The notes beneath the pieces are model-generated. The model saw only the letters and a list, made by a program, of their open reading frames with translations. It had not been told where the DNA came from and ran no database searches. Positions 39,964-49,120 of a DNA stretch of 64,000 bases are shown here, piece after piece. The stretch's first letter is position 1. Each line of letters starts with the position of its first letter. The stretch covers positions 224,406-288,405 of the forward strand of contig JAGYIO010000002.1 in assembly GCA_018402585.1 (NCBI GenBank), written 5' to 3'. The translations under genes were made by a program, and so were the position numbers. The DNA is from Chthoniobacterales bacterium (GTDB lineage Bacteria; Verrucomicrobiota; Verrucomicrobiia; Chthoniobacterales; JACTMZ01).

Positions 39964-41268
39964 ATGCATGAATTTTCTTACCGTGAAGGAGTACTTTGTT
40001 GCGAGGGGGTGGCGCTGACCGACCTGGCCGCGGCGCATGGCACACCGCTCTATGTTTACAGCGGGAAGACGATACGTGACCATTATCGTCGGTTGGACCA
40101 GGCCTTGTCGGGGCTCAATCACCGGGTGTGCTTTGCCATGAAGGCGAACTCAAATCTTGCGGTGCTCAATTTGCTCGCCCGCGAGGGGGCGGGGTTCGAC
40201 ATCGTGTCGGGCGGGGAACTTTTCCGCGTGCTCCAATCCGGCGGCCGGGCGGACTCCTGCACTTTTGCCGGGGTGGGCAAGACGCGGGAGGAAATTGAAT
40301 ATGCGCTGAAGGAAGGCGTTTATTCCTTCAATGTGGAGTCGGAGCCGGAGCTGGAGTTCATCAACGAGGTGGCGGGGGCTTTGGGCAAAAAGGCGCCGGT
40401 GGCCTTGCGGGTCAATCCGGATGTCGATGCCCAAACCCACAAATACATTTCGACCGGCCAGAGCCAGAACAAGTTCGGCATCGGGATCGACCGCATTCTC
40501 GGGGTTTATGCCCAGGCGGCAAAGTTGCCGCATTTGCAGATCCGCGGGATCCAGACGCACATCGGGTCCCAAATTCTCGAAACAACACCCTTCGTCGAAG
40601 CACTGGGCAAGCTCGCGCCGATTGTCGAGGAGTTGAAAAGATCTTACGGCATTGAATTCTTCAGCATCGGCGGCGGAGTGGGGATCGTCTACCACGGCAC
40701 ACTGGAAAGCGGGGCGCCCGACTGGTGGGTTCGGGCCGACGCAGACGGCGGGAAGCGGATCGGATTCGACGACTATGCCCGGGCGGTCGTCCCTTTGCTC
40801 AAACCGCTCGGGTTGAAAATTCTGCTCGAACCGGGCCGCAGTCTGGTCGGCAACGCGGGAGCGCTGTTGGCCAGCGTGCTTTATGTGAAGAAAACACCGG
40901 CGAAAAATTTTGTTATTACCGACGCGGGGATGAACGATTTGATTCGCCCTGCTTTGTACGAGGGCCACCACGAGATTGTTCCTCTCCAAGAACCGCCGGC
41001 CGGTGCTCCGCACGGGCCGGTCGATGTGGTCGGTCCGGTCTGCGAAAGCGGTGATTTTTTCGCACAGGATCGCGAATTACCCGAAGTACAGGCCGGGGAA
41101 AAAATCGCGCTGCTCAGCGCGGGAGCGTATGGATTTGTCATGGCATCGAACTACAACTCACGGCGTTTACCGGCCGAGATTTTGGTCGACGGGGGCCACG
41201 CGGAAGTGGTCCGGGCGCGGCAATCGTGGAACGACCTGGTGGCCGGGGAACGGGTGCCGGTAAAGTAG
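39964..41268 (+). CDS. lysA: Diaminopimelate decarboxylase
   Basis: 434 aa. PLP-Lys FAMKANSN, then HIGSQ, GGGVG, EPGRSLV, CESGD and SAGAY. Confidence 0.95.
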   Translation: MHEFSYREGVLCCEGVALTDLAAAHGTPLYVYSGKTIRDHYRRLDQALSGLNHRVCFAMKANSNLAVLNLLAREGAGFDIVSGGELFRVLQSGGRADSCTFAGVGKTREEIEYALKEGVYSFNVESEPELEFINEVAGALGKKAPVALRVNPDVDAQTHKYISTGQSQNKFGIGIDRILGVYAQAAKLPHLQIRGIQTHIGSQILETTPFVEALGKLAPIVEELKRSYGIEFFSIGGGVGIVYHGTLESGAPDWWVRADADGGKRIGFDDYARAVVPLLKPLGLKILLEPGRSLVGNAGALLASVLYVKKTPAKNFVITDAGMNDLIRPALYEGHHEIVPLQEPPAGAPHGPVDVVGPVCESGDFFAQDRELPEVQAGEKIALLSAGAYGFVMASNYNSRRLPAEILVDGGHAEVVRARQSWNDLVAGERVPVK

Positions 41269-41337
41269 AACGGAGGCCGGCATGGGCGGCCACTTGAGCC
41301 CACCGGAGTGAAGCGGTGCGCCTGCGGCGCGTCACGA

Positions 41338-42267
41338 TCAACGCTGGGCCGTGGTTCGGGCCGGGGGCAGATCGAGGGGGCGTCCGACGAAAATGCCGGC
41401 GTGTTTCCCGAACTTGTTGAGGTAGTCGCTCAATCGGTCGTCGAGGACGACCTCACGGTGGTTTTTCGAGGCGTGAAGGAAACGCAGAACTCCGTTTTTA
41501 TCCCGCGAGGCGATGCCGACGTGGGAGGTGTAGGTCTCGTGCCAGGTGGTGACGATACAAATGATGTCGCCGTTGCGCAGTTGCGACTCGATGCGGGGCA
41601 CCTGGGCCTTCGGAACGTAGGTGATGCCCCGGCGGGAGAGTTCGTTTTCCACCCGGATGAATTCCGGGACCATGGAGGGATCGGCCCGCAGTTGGCGGTA
41701 AAGATGCGGCTTTTTCCCCATGTAAGCCATGCGCCGGTGGAGTTTTTTGCCACCGAGCGAGGGCGTGATGTCTTTGACCAATCCGCGACGTTCGTTGTCT
41801 TGGATCCAGTCCTCCAGATGGTGCAGCCGTGAATCGAACCGTCCGGTGCAGCGGCCGCCACGGTAGCGGTCCATTTCGATGAGGCGCAGCATTTCTGGCG
41901 GCGAGTAGGGCGGAGAGTGCAGGGCGACAAGGCGCCCCATGGCGAGGGCGATTTCGAAAAGTGTCCAGCAGTCCATACCCTTCATGTTGACCGACGGGGA
42001 CTCGATCACATCGTGCAATTCCAGCGTGTAGTTCACGTAGGGTGTCCCGCGCAGGGCGAGGGCGAATTTGTTCACCCGCTCCCCGAGCGGCAGCTTGGCC
42101 CAACCGGCGCGGTAACCCCGTTCCATGATCTGTCGGAATTTGTCCTGCCCGACAAAGGTCAGCTCCAAAGGCAATCCGGCGGAAGCCGGGCGGGACAGGA
42201 CAACCAACAAACTGAGCAAAAGGAAAACAGCGCGCACTGCGGCGGATACTACCACAACGGGGGTCAA
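41338..42267 (-). CDS. DUF1460-type (amidase-like) secreted protein
   Basis: 309 aa with a TTG start and signal peptide VVVVSAAVRAVFLLLSLLVVLSRPASA. MDCWTLFEIALAM...HLEDWIQDN...GDIICIVT...SHVGIA resembles DUF1460/NlpC-like amidase-domain proteins. This is recalled, not searched. Confidence 0.65.
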   Translation of the reverse strand: MTPVVVVSAAVRAVFLLLSLLVVLSRPASAGLPLELTFVGQDKFRQIMERGYRAGWAKLPLGERVNKFALALRGTPYVNYTLELHDVIESPSVNMKGMDCWTLFEIALAMGRLVALHSPPYSPPEMLRLIEMDRYRGGRCTGRFDSRLHHLEDWIQDNERRGLVKDITPSLGGKKLHRRMAYMGKKPHLYRQLRADPSMVPEFIRVENELSRRGITYVPKAQVPRIESQLRNGDIICIVTTWHETYTSHVGIASRDKNGVLRFLHASKNHREVVLDDRLSDYLNKFGKHAGIFVGRPLDLPPARTTAQR

Positions 42268-42292
42268 CGCGCCAACCGGGTCTTACCCTCGT

Positions 42293-42316
42293 GTTGCCTC
42301 AATGAAAAAAGACACC
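42293..42316. repeat. IS left terminal inverted repeat
   Basis: gttgcctcaatgaaaaaagacacc. Its reverse complement matches 43671-43693 apart from one extra A. Confidence 0.85.
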
Positions 42317-42336
42317 GGGGCCTGGAAGGTTGGGGA

Positions 42337-42451
42337 GGCTTGTTCACAAACGCCCTGAGGCCTGTCCTCAGGGCGAGGTAGCGGCAGCCCGAGCCTCCCG
42401 GCCAGCTCGGGCGCTGGCGCCAAGCCAGAGCTACCGGTTTGTGAACAAGCC
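42337..42451. other. 115-nt multi-stem palindromic element (candidate structured RNA or nested MITE/REP-like element)
   Basis: All stems are perfect Watson-Crick. P1 pairs 42337-42351 with 42437-42451 (15 bp). P2 pairs 42352-42360 with 42366-42374 (9 bp). P3 pairs 42377-42382 with 42430-42435 (6 bp). P4 pairs 42387-42394 with 42405-42412 (8 bp). P5 pairs 42414-42418 with 42424-42428 (5 bp). Confidence 0.7.
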
Positions 42452-42477
42452 GGTCGCACGTTGGGGCGGTGCGGGAG

Positions 42478-43662
42478 TCAAGCGGCGCGGCCGAGGCCGC
42501 CGCGGACTTGGTGACGCAGCACCGCGCGCAGTTTGACTTCGATGGTCTGCTTGAGCTCGAAAGGATCGAGCGTGTCGAAGAGCTTTTGCAACGGGGCGAG
42601 TTGGCGGCGGCGGACTTTGCCGCAAGCCTTGAGTCGTTGGAAAGGCGTGGCCGGTTGACCGTAGATGCGTTTTTTGCGGCTGCCGATGACCTCGGTGCGC
42701 AGATGTTTCATCACCGGGCAGAAGAAGTTGCGCAACCAGCCCCACTCGTGGCGGTAAAGGTCATCGAGCAAAGCGGCGGCGGTCGGACCTTCGAGCCGCA
42801 CGTAGCCGACCAACTGGCGCACATGGGTCCAGTTCTTCTGCTCGACGTGGGCATTGTCGTTCTTGCGGTAAGGACGCGAGCGGGTAAAACCCACTGGCGA
42901 GGGACGCTGGCGGAAGTAGTTCAACAGATGCCAGTTGAGGAACTCCCCGCCGTTGTCGGTATCAAAGCCCAGGATGGCAAAGGGCAGGGCGGCTTCCACC
43001 TCGGCAATGGCGCCCTGCACGACGTGCTGGCCGCGGTTGGCCACGGCCCGCGTCTCGGTCCATTGGGTGTGCACATCGGTCATGGTCAGACTCCAGCAAA
43101 ACTCCCCGGCCATCGACTCCCCGCAGTGGGCCACCGTGTCGGCTTCGATATAACCCGGGCCATCAACCTCCCAGTGCTCGGTGCGCACCGGGATCTGGCT
43201 GCGCAGCAACGTGCCCGGGCGCGTGCCGCAGCGGCCGCGGGCTCCCAACCGCGCGCGGCACGGGGCCAGCAACCGGTCGATGCTCGACGCGCTGATGCGG
43301 CGCAAACGCCGCCGCAGCGCCGGCGCCAGTTGGCCGTAGCGCTTCTCGTAGTGGGGCAACCACACCGGCAAGGCCGCCACCAGCCGCTTGCCGCAGGGCT
43401 GCTCGGCCGCCAGCCAGATCTTCTTGAGCACCGCCCGCTCGGCTTCACCGTAAACCGGCACAGAGCCCCCGCGCCGTCCACCATGGCCGACAATGGCCCG
43501 GCTTCCGCCAAGCACTTTGATCGCGTGCTTGCGCTCGTATCCGCACAAAGTGCAGACCTCGTCCAACAGCCGGCTGCGACCTTGCCGGCCGCGCCGTCCA
43601 TAGCGCTCCCGGGCCTGCTCCAATACCTCTTGGCGACTCTTTTGACTCATTTTTAAGGACAT
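42478..43662 (-). CDS. DDE (rve/integrase-core) transposase
   Basis: 394 aa with an N-terminal HTH-like region. The catalytic triad context is IEADTVAHCG ... LGFDTDNGGEF ... NAHVEQKNW (DD~35E spacing). Confidence 0.9.
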   Translation of the reverse strand: MSLKMSQKSRQEVLEQARERYGRRGRQGRSRLLDEVCTLCGYERKHAIKVLGGSRAIVGHGGRRGGSVPVYGEAERAVLKKIWLAAEQPCGKRLVAALPVWLPHYEKRYGQLAPALRRRLRRISASSIDRLLAPCRARLGARGRCGTRPGTLLRSQIPVRTEHWEVDGPGYIEADTVAHCGESMAGEFCWSLTMTDVHTQWTETRAVANRGQHVVQGAIAEVEAALPFAILGFDTDNGGEFLNWHLLNYFRQRPSPVGFTRSRPYRKNDNAHVEQKNWTHVRQLVGYVRLEGPTAAALLDDLYRHEWGWLRNFFCPVMKHLRTEVIGSRKKRIYGQPATPFQRLKACGKVRRRQLAPLQKLFDTLDPFELKQTIEVKLRAVLRHQVRGGLGRAA

Positions 43663-43670
43663 CCGGCCAT

Positions 43671-43693
43671 GGTGTCTTTTTCATTGAGGCAAC
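43671..43693. repeat. IS right terminal inverted repeat
   Basis: ggtgtctttttcattgaggcaac, preceded by gacatccggccat, which can pair with ggtgtc. Confidence 0.85.
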
Positions 43694-43716
43694 GTATCCT
43701 TTTGCGCTCCTTCCCA

Positions 43717-43750
43717 GACACCCGCCCGGTGTCTTTTCATTTGAGTCAAT
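43717..43750. repeat. Degenerate extra copy of the IS right end (solo end relic)
   Basis: gacacccgcccggtgtcttttcatttgagtcaat aligns to the IS right end gacatccggccatggtgtctttttcattgaggcaac (43658-43693) in the same orientation, with a few substitutions and indels. Confidence 0.6.
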
Positions 43751-43761
43751 TCGCCCTCCGG

Positions 43762-43795
43762 TTCTTATTAATAATTATTCTTGAAACAATTTGCT
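43762..43795. promoter_or_regulatory. AT-rich Fur-box-like operator / promoter region upstream of fur
   Basis: ttcttattaataattattcttgaaacaatttgc is a conspicuous AT island in GC-rich DNA. It contains the perfect palindrome aataattatt (43770-43779) and resembles the GATAAT-hexamer Fur box. It lies 25-58 nt upstream of the fur ATG. Confidence 0.4.
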
Positions 43796-43819
43796 TTTGG
43801 CCCGAGGTTGCAGGGTCTG

Positions 43820-44272
43820 ATGGCCACCAAAACTGCCAGTCCCGAAAAACAGCTCAAGCGCTACGAGGAGTCGATCGCGCAGGATGGCCTGCGTCTGACC
43901 CGCCAGCGCAAGCATGTTTACGGGGTGCTGCTTGAAAGGCAGGATCACCCGACCGCGATGGAAGTTTTCCTGCGGGCCAAGCCCGAGATGCAATCCCTCT
44001 CCTTAGCCACGGTCTACAACGTTCTCGAGACGCTGGCCGCGCGCGGTCTGGTCCGCAAAGTGCATCTGGACAGCGGGTCCACGCGTTATTGCGCAAACAA
44101 CGCCAAGCACGGGCACTTCACCTGCACGGGTTGCGGCGCAGTGATGGACCTGCCGCTCCTGCCCGGTGCCGAGTTGGAAAAGCTTCACCAGTTACCCCGA
44201 GGCTACAGCGTGACGCAGCAGGAGGTTTCCCTGCGCGGCCTCTGCACCACTTGCCGGAAAAACCAAACTTGA
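43820..44272 (+). CDS. fur: Fur-family metalloregulator
   Basis: 150 aa from ATG 43820. The winged helix reads [16 protein letters not shown]...HPTAMEVF...[12 protein letters not shown]. Two CxxC pairs are present (CTGCG, CTTC). Confidence 0.85.
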   Translation: MATKTASPEKQLKRYEESIAQDGLRLTRQRKHVYGVLLERQDHPTAMEVFLRAKPEMQSLSLATVYNVLETLAARGLVRKVHLDSGSTRYCANNAKHGHFTCTGCGAVMDLPLLPGAELEKLHQLPRGYSVTQQEVSLRGLCTTCRKNQT

Positions 44273-44276
44273 CCTT

Positions 44277-45041
44277 ATGAAACACCTCAAAATCGACAAT
44301 TTGCACGTCAGCATCGGCCAGAGCGAAATCCTGCGCGGCCTGAGCCTCGATCTGCCCACCGGGCAAGTGCACGCCATCATGGGACCGAACGGTTCGGGCA
44401 AGAGCACGCTGGCCAAAGTCATCGCCGGCCACCCCGACTACACCGTGACTTCGGGTGACATCCTGGTTGACGGCGAGAGCATTCTGGAGATGGAGCCCGA
44501 TGCGCGGGCCCGCCAAGGCATTTTCCTCGCCTTCCAATATCCGAGTGAAATCCCCGGGGTGACCATCGCCAACTTCCTCCGCGCCGCCCTGCAGGCACGC
44601 TTGCCCGAGGGCAAGGAACTTGAGGCCACCGAATATTACGCCAAGCTTTACGAAAAAATGGACCTCCTGGAAATGCCGCGGACCTTCACTTCACGCGCGG
44701 TCAACGAGGGCTTCTCCGGCGGCGAGAAAAAGCGCTGCGAGATCCTGCAAATGGCCATGCTGCAACCGACCTTCGCCCTGCTCGATGAAACCGATTCCGG
44801 CCTCGACATCGACGCGCTGAAAATTGTTTCGCACGGGGTCAATTCCCTCCGCGGGCCGGAGACCGGCATGCTCGTCATCACCCACTACCAGCGCCTGCTC
44901 AACTACATTGTGCCCGACTTTGTCCATGTCATGGTCAACGGCCGCATCGTCGAGAGCGGCACGAAGGAACTTGCCCTCAAGCTGGAGGCCGAGGGCTACG
45001 ACTGGGCGACCGAGCCGGAAGCCGAAGCGGTCGCAGTCTGA
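44277..45041 (+). CDS. sufC: Fe-S cluster assembly ATPase SufC
   Basis: 254 aa. [32 protein letters not shown] and ITHY. Confidence 0.95.
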   Translation: MKHLKIDNLHVSIGQSEILRGLSLDLPTGQVHAIMGPNGSGKSTLAKVIAGHPDYTVTSGDILVDGESILEMEPDARARQGIFLAFQYPSEIPGVTIANFLRAALQARLPEGKELEATEYYAKLYEKMDLLEMPRTFTSRAVNEGFSGGEKKRCEILQMAMLQPTFALLDETDSGLDIDALKIVSHGVNSLRGPETGMLVITHYQRLLNYIVPDFVHVMVNGRIVESGTKELALKLEAEGYDWATEPEAEAVAV

Positions 45042-45061
45042 ACCCCGAAAAGAAGAATATT

Positions 45062-46474
45062 ATGAACGAAACCCAAACCCAACTGGACATCGACCGCGAG
45101 AAAGGAAACTTCCGCTACAATGTCGACTACGAATTCGACGCCGGCACCGGACTGAACGAAAAGACGATCGACTACATTTGCGACGTGAAAGACGAACCCG
45201 ACTGGATCCGCAAGTTTCGTAAGGACGCGCTGAAAAAATTCCTCGAGAAACCGATGCCCACCCATTGGGCCTCGCACGATCTGGAAAACATTATTTTCGA
45301 CAAGATCCGCTACTACCTCTCACAAGGCGGGCAAAAACCGAAAAAGACCTGGGACGAAGTGCCGGAGGACGTCAAGCGGACCTTTGAGCGGCTCGGGATC
45401 CCCGAGCAGGAGCGCAAATTCCTCGCCGGTGTGGAGGCGCAGTTCGACAGCGAAGCAGCCTACTCGAATATCAAGGAGGCGGTCGGCAAGCAGGGGGTCA
45501 TTTTCATGGGGAGCACGGACGCCCTGAAAGAGCATCCGGAAATTTTCCGCAAATGGTTCGGCAAAGTGATTCCCACGGGTGACAACAAATTCAGCGCGCT
45601 GAACAGCGCCGCCTTCAGCGGCGGTTCGTTCATCTACGTGCCGCCCGGGGTCAAGGTCACGCACCCTTTGCAGGCCTACTTCCGCATCAACGCGGAAAAC
45701 TTCGGCCAGTTCGAGCGCACCTTGATCATCGCCGACGAGGGCGCCGAGGTGACCTACATGGAAGGCTGCACGGCCCCGAAATTCGACACCGCCACCCTGC
45801 ACAGCGCGGTGGTCGAGCTCGTCGCGCTCAGGGGCGCGAAAATCCAATACATCACGGTGCAAAACTGGTCGAACAACGTCTTTAACCTGGTGACCAAGCG
45901 CGGTCTGGCCATGGAAGATGCCGAAGTCAAATGGATCGACTGCAACATCGGCTCGCGCCTGACCATGAAATATCCGGGTGTGGTCATGAAGGGCCGCCGG
46001 GCCCGTGGCGAAGTGATCTCCATCGCGTTGGCCGGTGACGGCCAGCACCAGGATACCGGCGCGAAAATGGTCCACGCGGCCGACGAAACCACGAGCAACA
46101 TCGTGTCGAAGTCGATCAGCGTCGGTACCGGTCGCGCCACTTACCGCGGGCTGGTCAAAATTCCAAGCCACCTCAAGGGTTGCAAAAACAATACGGAGTG
46201 CGACGCGCTGCTGATCAACACGAGCAGCCGCACAGACACTTACCCGGCCATCTCGGTGCGCGGCACGGGCAATGCCTGCCAACATGAGGCCAGTGTCAGC
46301 CAAGTCAGCTCGGAGCAGATCTTCTACATGCAGCAACGCGGGCTGACTGAAGCGCAGGCCATGAGCCTGAGCGTGAACGGATTCGTCAATGACCTCGTGC
46401 GGCAATTCCCCATGGAATACAGTGTCGAATTGAAACGCCTCATCGATCTCGAGATGGAAGGGTCGGTCGGCTGA
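45062..46474 (+). CDS. sufB: Fe-S cluster assembly scaffold SufB
   Basis: 470 aa with typical SufB blocks ([24 protein letters not shown] and FYMQQRGL). Confidence 0.95.
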   Translation: MNETQTQLDIDREKGNFRYNVDYEFDAGTGLNEKTIDYICDVKDEPDWIRKFRKDALKKFLEKPMPTHWASHDLENIIFDKIRYYLSQGGQKPKKTWDEVPEDVKRTFERLGIPEQERKFLAGVEAQFDSEAAYSNIKEAVGKQGVIFMGSTDALKEHPEIFRKWFGKVIPTGDNKFSALNSAAFSGGSFIYVPPGVKVTHPLQAYFRINAENFGQFERTLIIADEGAEVTYMEGCTAPKFDTATLHSAVVELVALRGAKIQYITVQNWSNNVFNLVTKRGLAMEDAEVKWIDCNIGSRLTMKYPGVVMKGRRARGEVISIALAGDGQHQDTGAKMVHAADETTSNIVSKSISVGTGRATYRGLVKIPSHLKGCKNNTECDALLINTSSRTDTYPAISVRGTGNACQHEASVSQVSSEQIFYMQQRGLTEAQAMSLSVNGFVNDLVRQFPMEYSVELKRLIDLEMEGSVG

Positions 46475-46493
46475 TCCGTCCGGAGGAACCATT

Positions 46494-47810
46494 GTGATCA
46501 TGGCATCCGCATCCGTGTCCGGCGTCCCCTTGCTCGAAGGCGCCTTGGTCGAGGGCCGGTGGCCCGAATGGTTCGTCGCCTCGCGGCAGCGCGGCTGGGC
46601 GGACTTTCAACACCTCCCCGCGCCCGCGCCGAAGGATGAAAAATGGCGTTTCTCCAAGGTCAAAGCCCTCGCCCTGGACAGCTTCCGCTACCCGGCCGCA
46701 GTGGCTGATGCCGCCGCGCTGGTCGCACGCTCGACCGGCCTCGGCGAGTCCGCCGCCCGTTTCGTCTTCGCTAACAACCGTCTTCTGGCCGCTACCGCGC
46801 CCGCCGCGGGGTTGCTCAAGGCCGGACTGGTCGTCATGACCCTCGAGGAAGCCGCTCGCCAACACGCCGATCTGGTGGAGAAACATTTCATGGCCCAGGA
46901 GTTCAAACTCGGTTCGGCCAAATACGCCGCCTTGCACCGCTCCGGTCCGGTCAACGGAGTCTTTATCCGCGTCCCGAAAAATCTCGAGGTCGCGCAGCCG
47001 ATCGAAATTTTCCATTGGGTTGAGGGTGAAAATTCCGCCGTCTTCCCGCATACCCTCGTGGTCTGCGAGCGTCAGAGCAAGGCGACCGTCGTCGATTGTT
47101 TCCGCAGTGCGGACGATGAGCCCGCTTTCGCCTGCGGGGTCAACGACCTCGTCGTCGAGGAAGGGGCCAAACTCAACTACGTGGCCGTGCAACAATGGAG
47201 CCTCGCCGCCACCGCGTTTCATCTCAACTCCACCACGGTCGGACGTGATGCCTGCTGTCTCGGCATGCAGGTCAACCTGGGAGGCAAGTTCGTGCGGGGC
47301 GAGAGCTACAGCCGCATGGTCGCGGAAGGCGCGCGCAGCGACATGCTTTCGGTCAACATTGCCGGTGGCGACCAGCTGATCGATCAGCGCACTTTTCAAG
47401 ACCACGCCAAGCCCAGCGCGACGAGCGATCTGCTTTACCAGAATGCCCTGACCGGCAAAGGCCGCACGGTCTTCAGCGGGGTCATTCGTGTCGAACCCGG
47501 CGCGCACAAGACCGATGCGTATCAAAAAGTCCGCAACATCGTGCTGAGCGACGAGGCCGAAGCGAATAGCATGCCCGGTCTTGAGATCGAAGCTGATGAC
47601 GTGCGTTGCACCCACGGTGCAACCACGGCGCAGGTCGATGATCGTGAATTGTTCTATCTCCTGGCGCGCGGCATACGTCCGGAGGCGGCGCAACAACTGC
47701 TGGTCATGGGCTTTTTCAACACGGTGCTCGATCGTCTGCCGGATGCCCGCCTGCGCGGGCAGATCGAGGGGCTGGTGGAGAAACGCCTGAGCGCGGCGCT
47801 GCGAGGCTGA
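46494..47810 (+). CDS. sufD: Fe-S cluster assembly protein SufD
   Basis: 438 aa. EKWRFS near the N-terminus and a C-terminal beta-helix block (DVRCTHGATTAQVDDRELFYLLARGI). GGAGGA lies 6 nt before GTG 46494. ATG 46500 is an alternative start. Confidence 0.9.
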   Translation: MIMASASVSGVPLLEGALVEGRWPEWFVASRQRGWADFQHLPAPAPKDEKWRFSKVKALALDSFRYPAAVADAAALVARSTGLGESAARFVFANNRLLAATAPAAGLLKAGLVVMTLEEAARQHADLVEKHFMAQEFKLGSAKYAALHRSGPVNGVFIRVPKNLEVAQPIEIFHWVEGENSAVFPHTLVVCERQSKATVVDCFRSADDEPAFACGVNDLVVEEGAKLNYVAVQQWSLAATAFHLNSTTVGRDACCLGMQVNLGGKFVRGESYSRMVAEGARSDMLSVNIAGGDQLIDQRTFQDHAKPSATSDLLYQNALTGKGRTVFSGVIRVEPGAHKTDAYQKVRNIVLSDEAEANSMPGLEIEADDVRCTHGATTAQVDDRELFYLLARGIRPEAAQQLLVMGFFNTVLDRLPDARLRGQIEGLVEKRLSAALRG

Positions 47811-47817
47811 AGGGTCG

Positions 47818-47860
47818 ATCGCGCCGTCCCGGCGCGATAGAGGGTGGAAGGAATCGCGCC
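47818..47860. terminator. Hairpin cluster between convergent sufD and E2 genes (possible bidirectional terminator)
   Basis: atcgcgcc (47818-25) pairs with ggcgcgat (47831-38). The latter can alternatively pair with a second atcgcgcc (47853-60). There is no clean U-run. Confidence 0.3.
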
Positions 47861-47879
47861 GGGGACAGTGCGCGCCAGC

Positions 47880-49115
47880 TTATAATTGCTCAGGATGGTT
47901 GAGCAGTTCGGAGATTCTGGTCAGCAAGCGACCGGCGGCTCCGCCGTCGAGGACGCGGTGGTCGAAGCTCAAGGTGAAACATGCGTTGGTTACAGGGAGG
48001 AATTGCTGCGTTTCTTTAGCCCACTTGGGCTCGATCCGCCCGGCGCCGAGGCCGAGAAGGACGGTTTGTTCGGGGAGCGGGATCGGGGTGGCGAGGGTCA
48101 GGCCGAAGGTGCCGTAGTTCGTCACGGTCGAGATGCATTGGCCCATGTCTGCCGGGCTGAGGCGCCGCTGGCGGGCGAGTTCGACCAGGCGGGCATAGAT
48201 CGGCATGAGCTCTTGGAGACGGTGTTTGTCCGCACTCCTGATCACGGGCACGAGCACGCCATCCTCGGCTTCGACCGCAAAGCCGATATCGATCGACCCG
48301 GGGTGGATGACTTGGTTGCCGATGAGGCGGCCGGCCGGCGCGCTGTTTTCGGACAGGGCGATGGCCAGGGCCCGCAGCGCGTAAAGCGAAACGCCTGCTT
48401 TTTCGGAGGAGGCTTTGCGGTGGGCGAGCATTTTGTCGAGTTCGACCGGCAGGACGACGGTGGCCAGCGGACGCGTCCAACTGCGGCGCATGGCATCGGC
48501 CACGGCCACGCGCATGGAGGAGGCCTCGGTGACTTTTTGCTGGTCGAGGTTCTCCATGAAACGCTCGAAGTCCTCGATGGTGACACGTCCGCCCGCTCCG
48601 CTGCCGGCCACGCCGGCCAGGTCGGCCGCGCTGAGGCCGAGTTCGGTCATGCGCGCCTTCATGCGCGGGGAAAGGAAAGCCGCGCCGCCGGCGTGGGCCG
48701 GGACGGGAAGGCCTTTGATCGTCGGCTCCGGTTTGTCCGACTGTTTGATCTCGGGCTTGGCCACGCGCTTCTTTTTTGGTTTGTCCGGGGCGCCGGCCGG
48801 CATGGAGCCGGTGGGCTGGCCGTTGGCTCCGTTTTCTTCCGGTTCGAGATAACCCATGCGCTCGGCATCCGCATCGGAAACTTCGAGGTAGCCGAGCGTC
48901 GCGCCGACCGCATAGCTCTCCCCTTCCACGACACGGAGTTCGACCAGTTTGCCGCTGCAGGGTGCGACCACACCCATGACCGCCTTGTTCGTCTCGACCT
49001 CCATGACGTCATTGTCCCCGGCAATTTCGTCGCCGGGCTGGACAATGAGGCGGACGATGGTCGCCTCGGCGATCGATTCGCCGAGTTGCGGCATAAGGAG
49101 AGGGATGCGGGCCAT
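47880..49115 (-). CDS. 2-oxoacid dehydrogenase E2 (dihydrolipoamide acyltransferase)
   Basis: 411 aa. Lipoyl domain VMEVETNKAVMGV, a Pro/Lys linker, an E3/E1-binding domain SPRMKARMTELG, and the catalytic DHRVLDG. Confidence 0.9.
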   Translation of the reverse strand: MARIPLLMPQLGESIAEATIVRLIVQPGDEIAGDNDVMEVETNKAVMGVVAPCSGKLVELRVVEGESYAVGATLGYLEVSDADAERMGYLEPEENGANGQPTGSMPAGAPDKPKKKRVAKPEIKQSDKPEPTIKGLPVPAHAGGAAFLSPRMKARMTELGLSAADLAGVAGSGAGGRVTIEDFERFMENLDQQKVTEASSMRVAVADAMRRSWTRPLATVVLPVELDKMLAHRKASSEKAGVSLYALRALAIALSENSAPAGRLIGNQVIHPGSIDIGFAVEAEDGVLVPVIRSADKHRLQELMPIYARLVELARQRRLSPADMGQCISTVTNYGTFGLTLATPIPLPEQTVLLGLGAGRIEPKWAKETQQFLPVTNACFTLSFDHRVLDGGAAGRLLTRISELLNHPEQL

Positions 49116-49120
49116 AAAAT

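Larger units (their letters stand above)
42293..43693 (-). mobile_element. Insertion sequence, 1401 bp, rve/DDE transposase (IS481/ISNCY-like)
   Basis: It is bounded by 23/24-bp inverted repeats GTTGCCTCAATGAAAAA(A)GACACC. These lie at 42293-42316 and, as the reverse complement, at 43671-43693, with one A/T-run length difference. One transposase ORF lies between them. No clear target duplication is seen, only GT on both sides. Confidence 0.8.

Noticed and set aside
42469-43656. 395-aa plus-strand ORF almost coextensive with the transposase
   Set aside because: The minus-strand product carries a clear DDE/rve catalytic pattern. The plus-strand product is Ala/Arg/Gly/Leu-rich without motifs. 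It is treated as a shadow ORF rather than an antisense gene.
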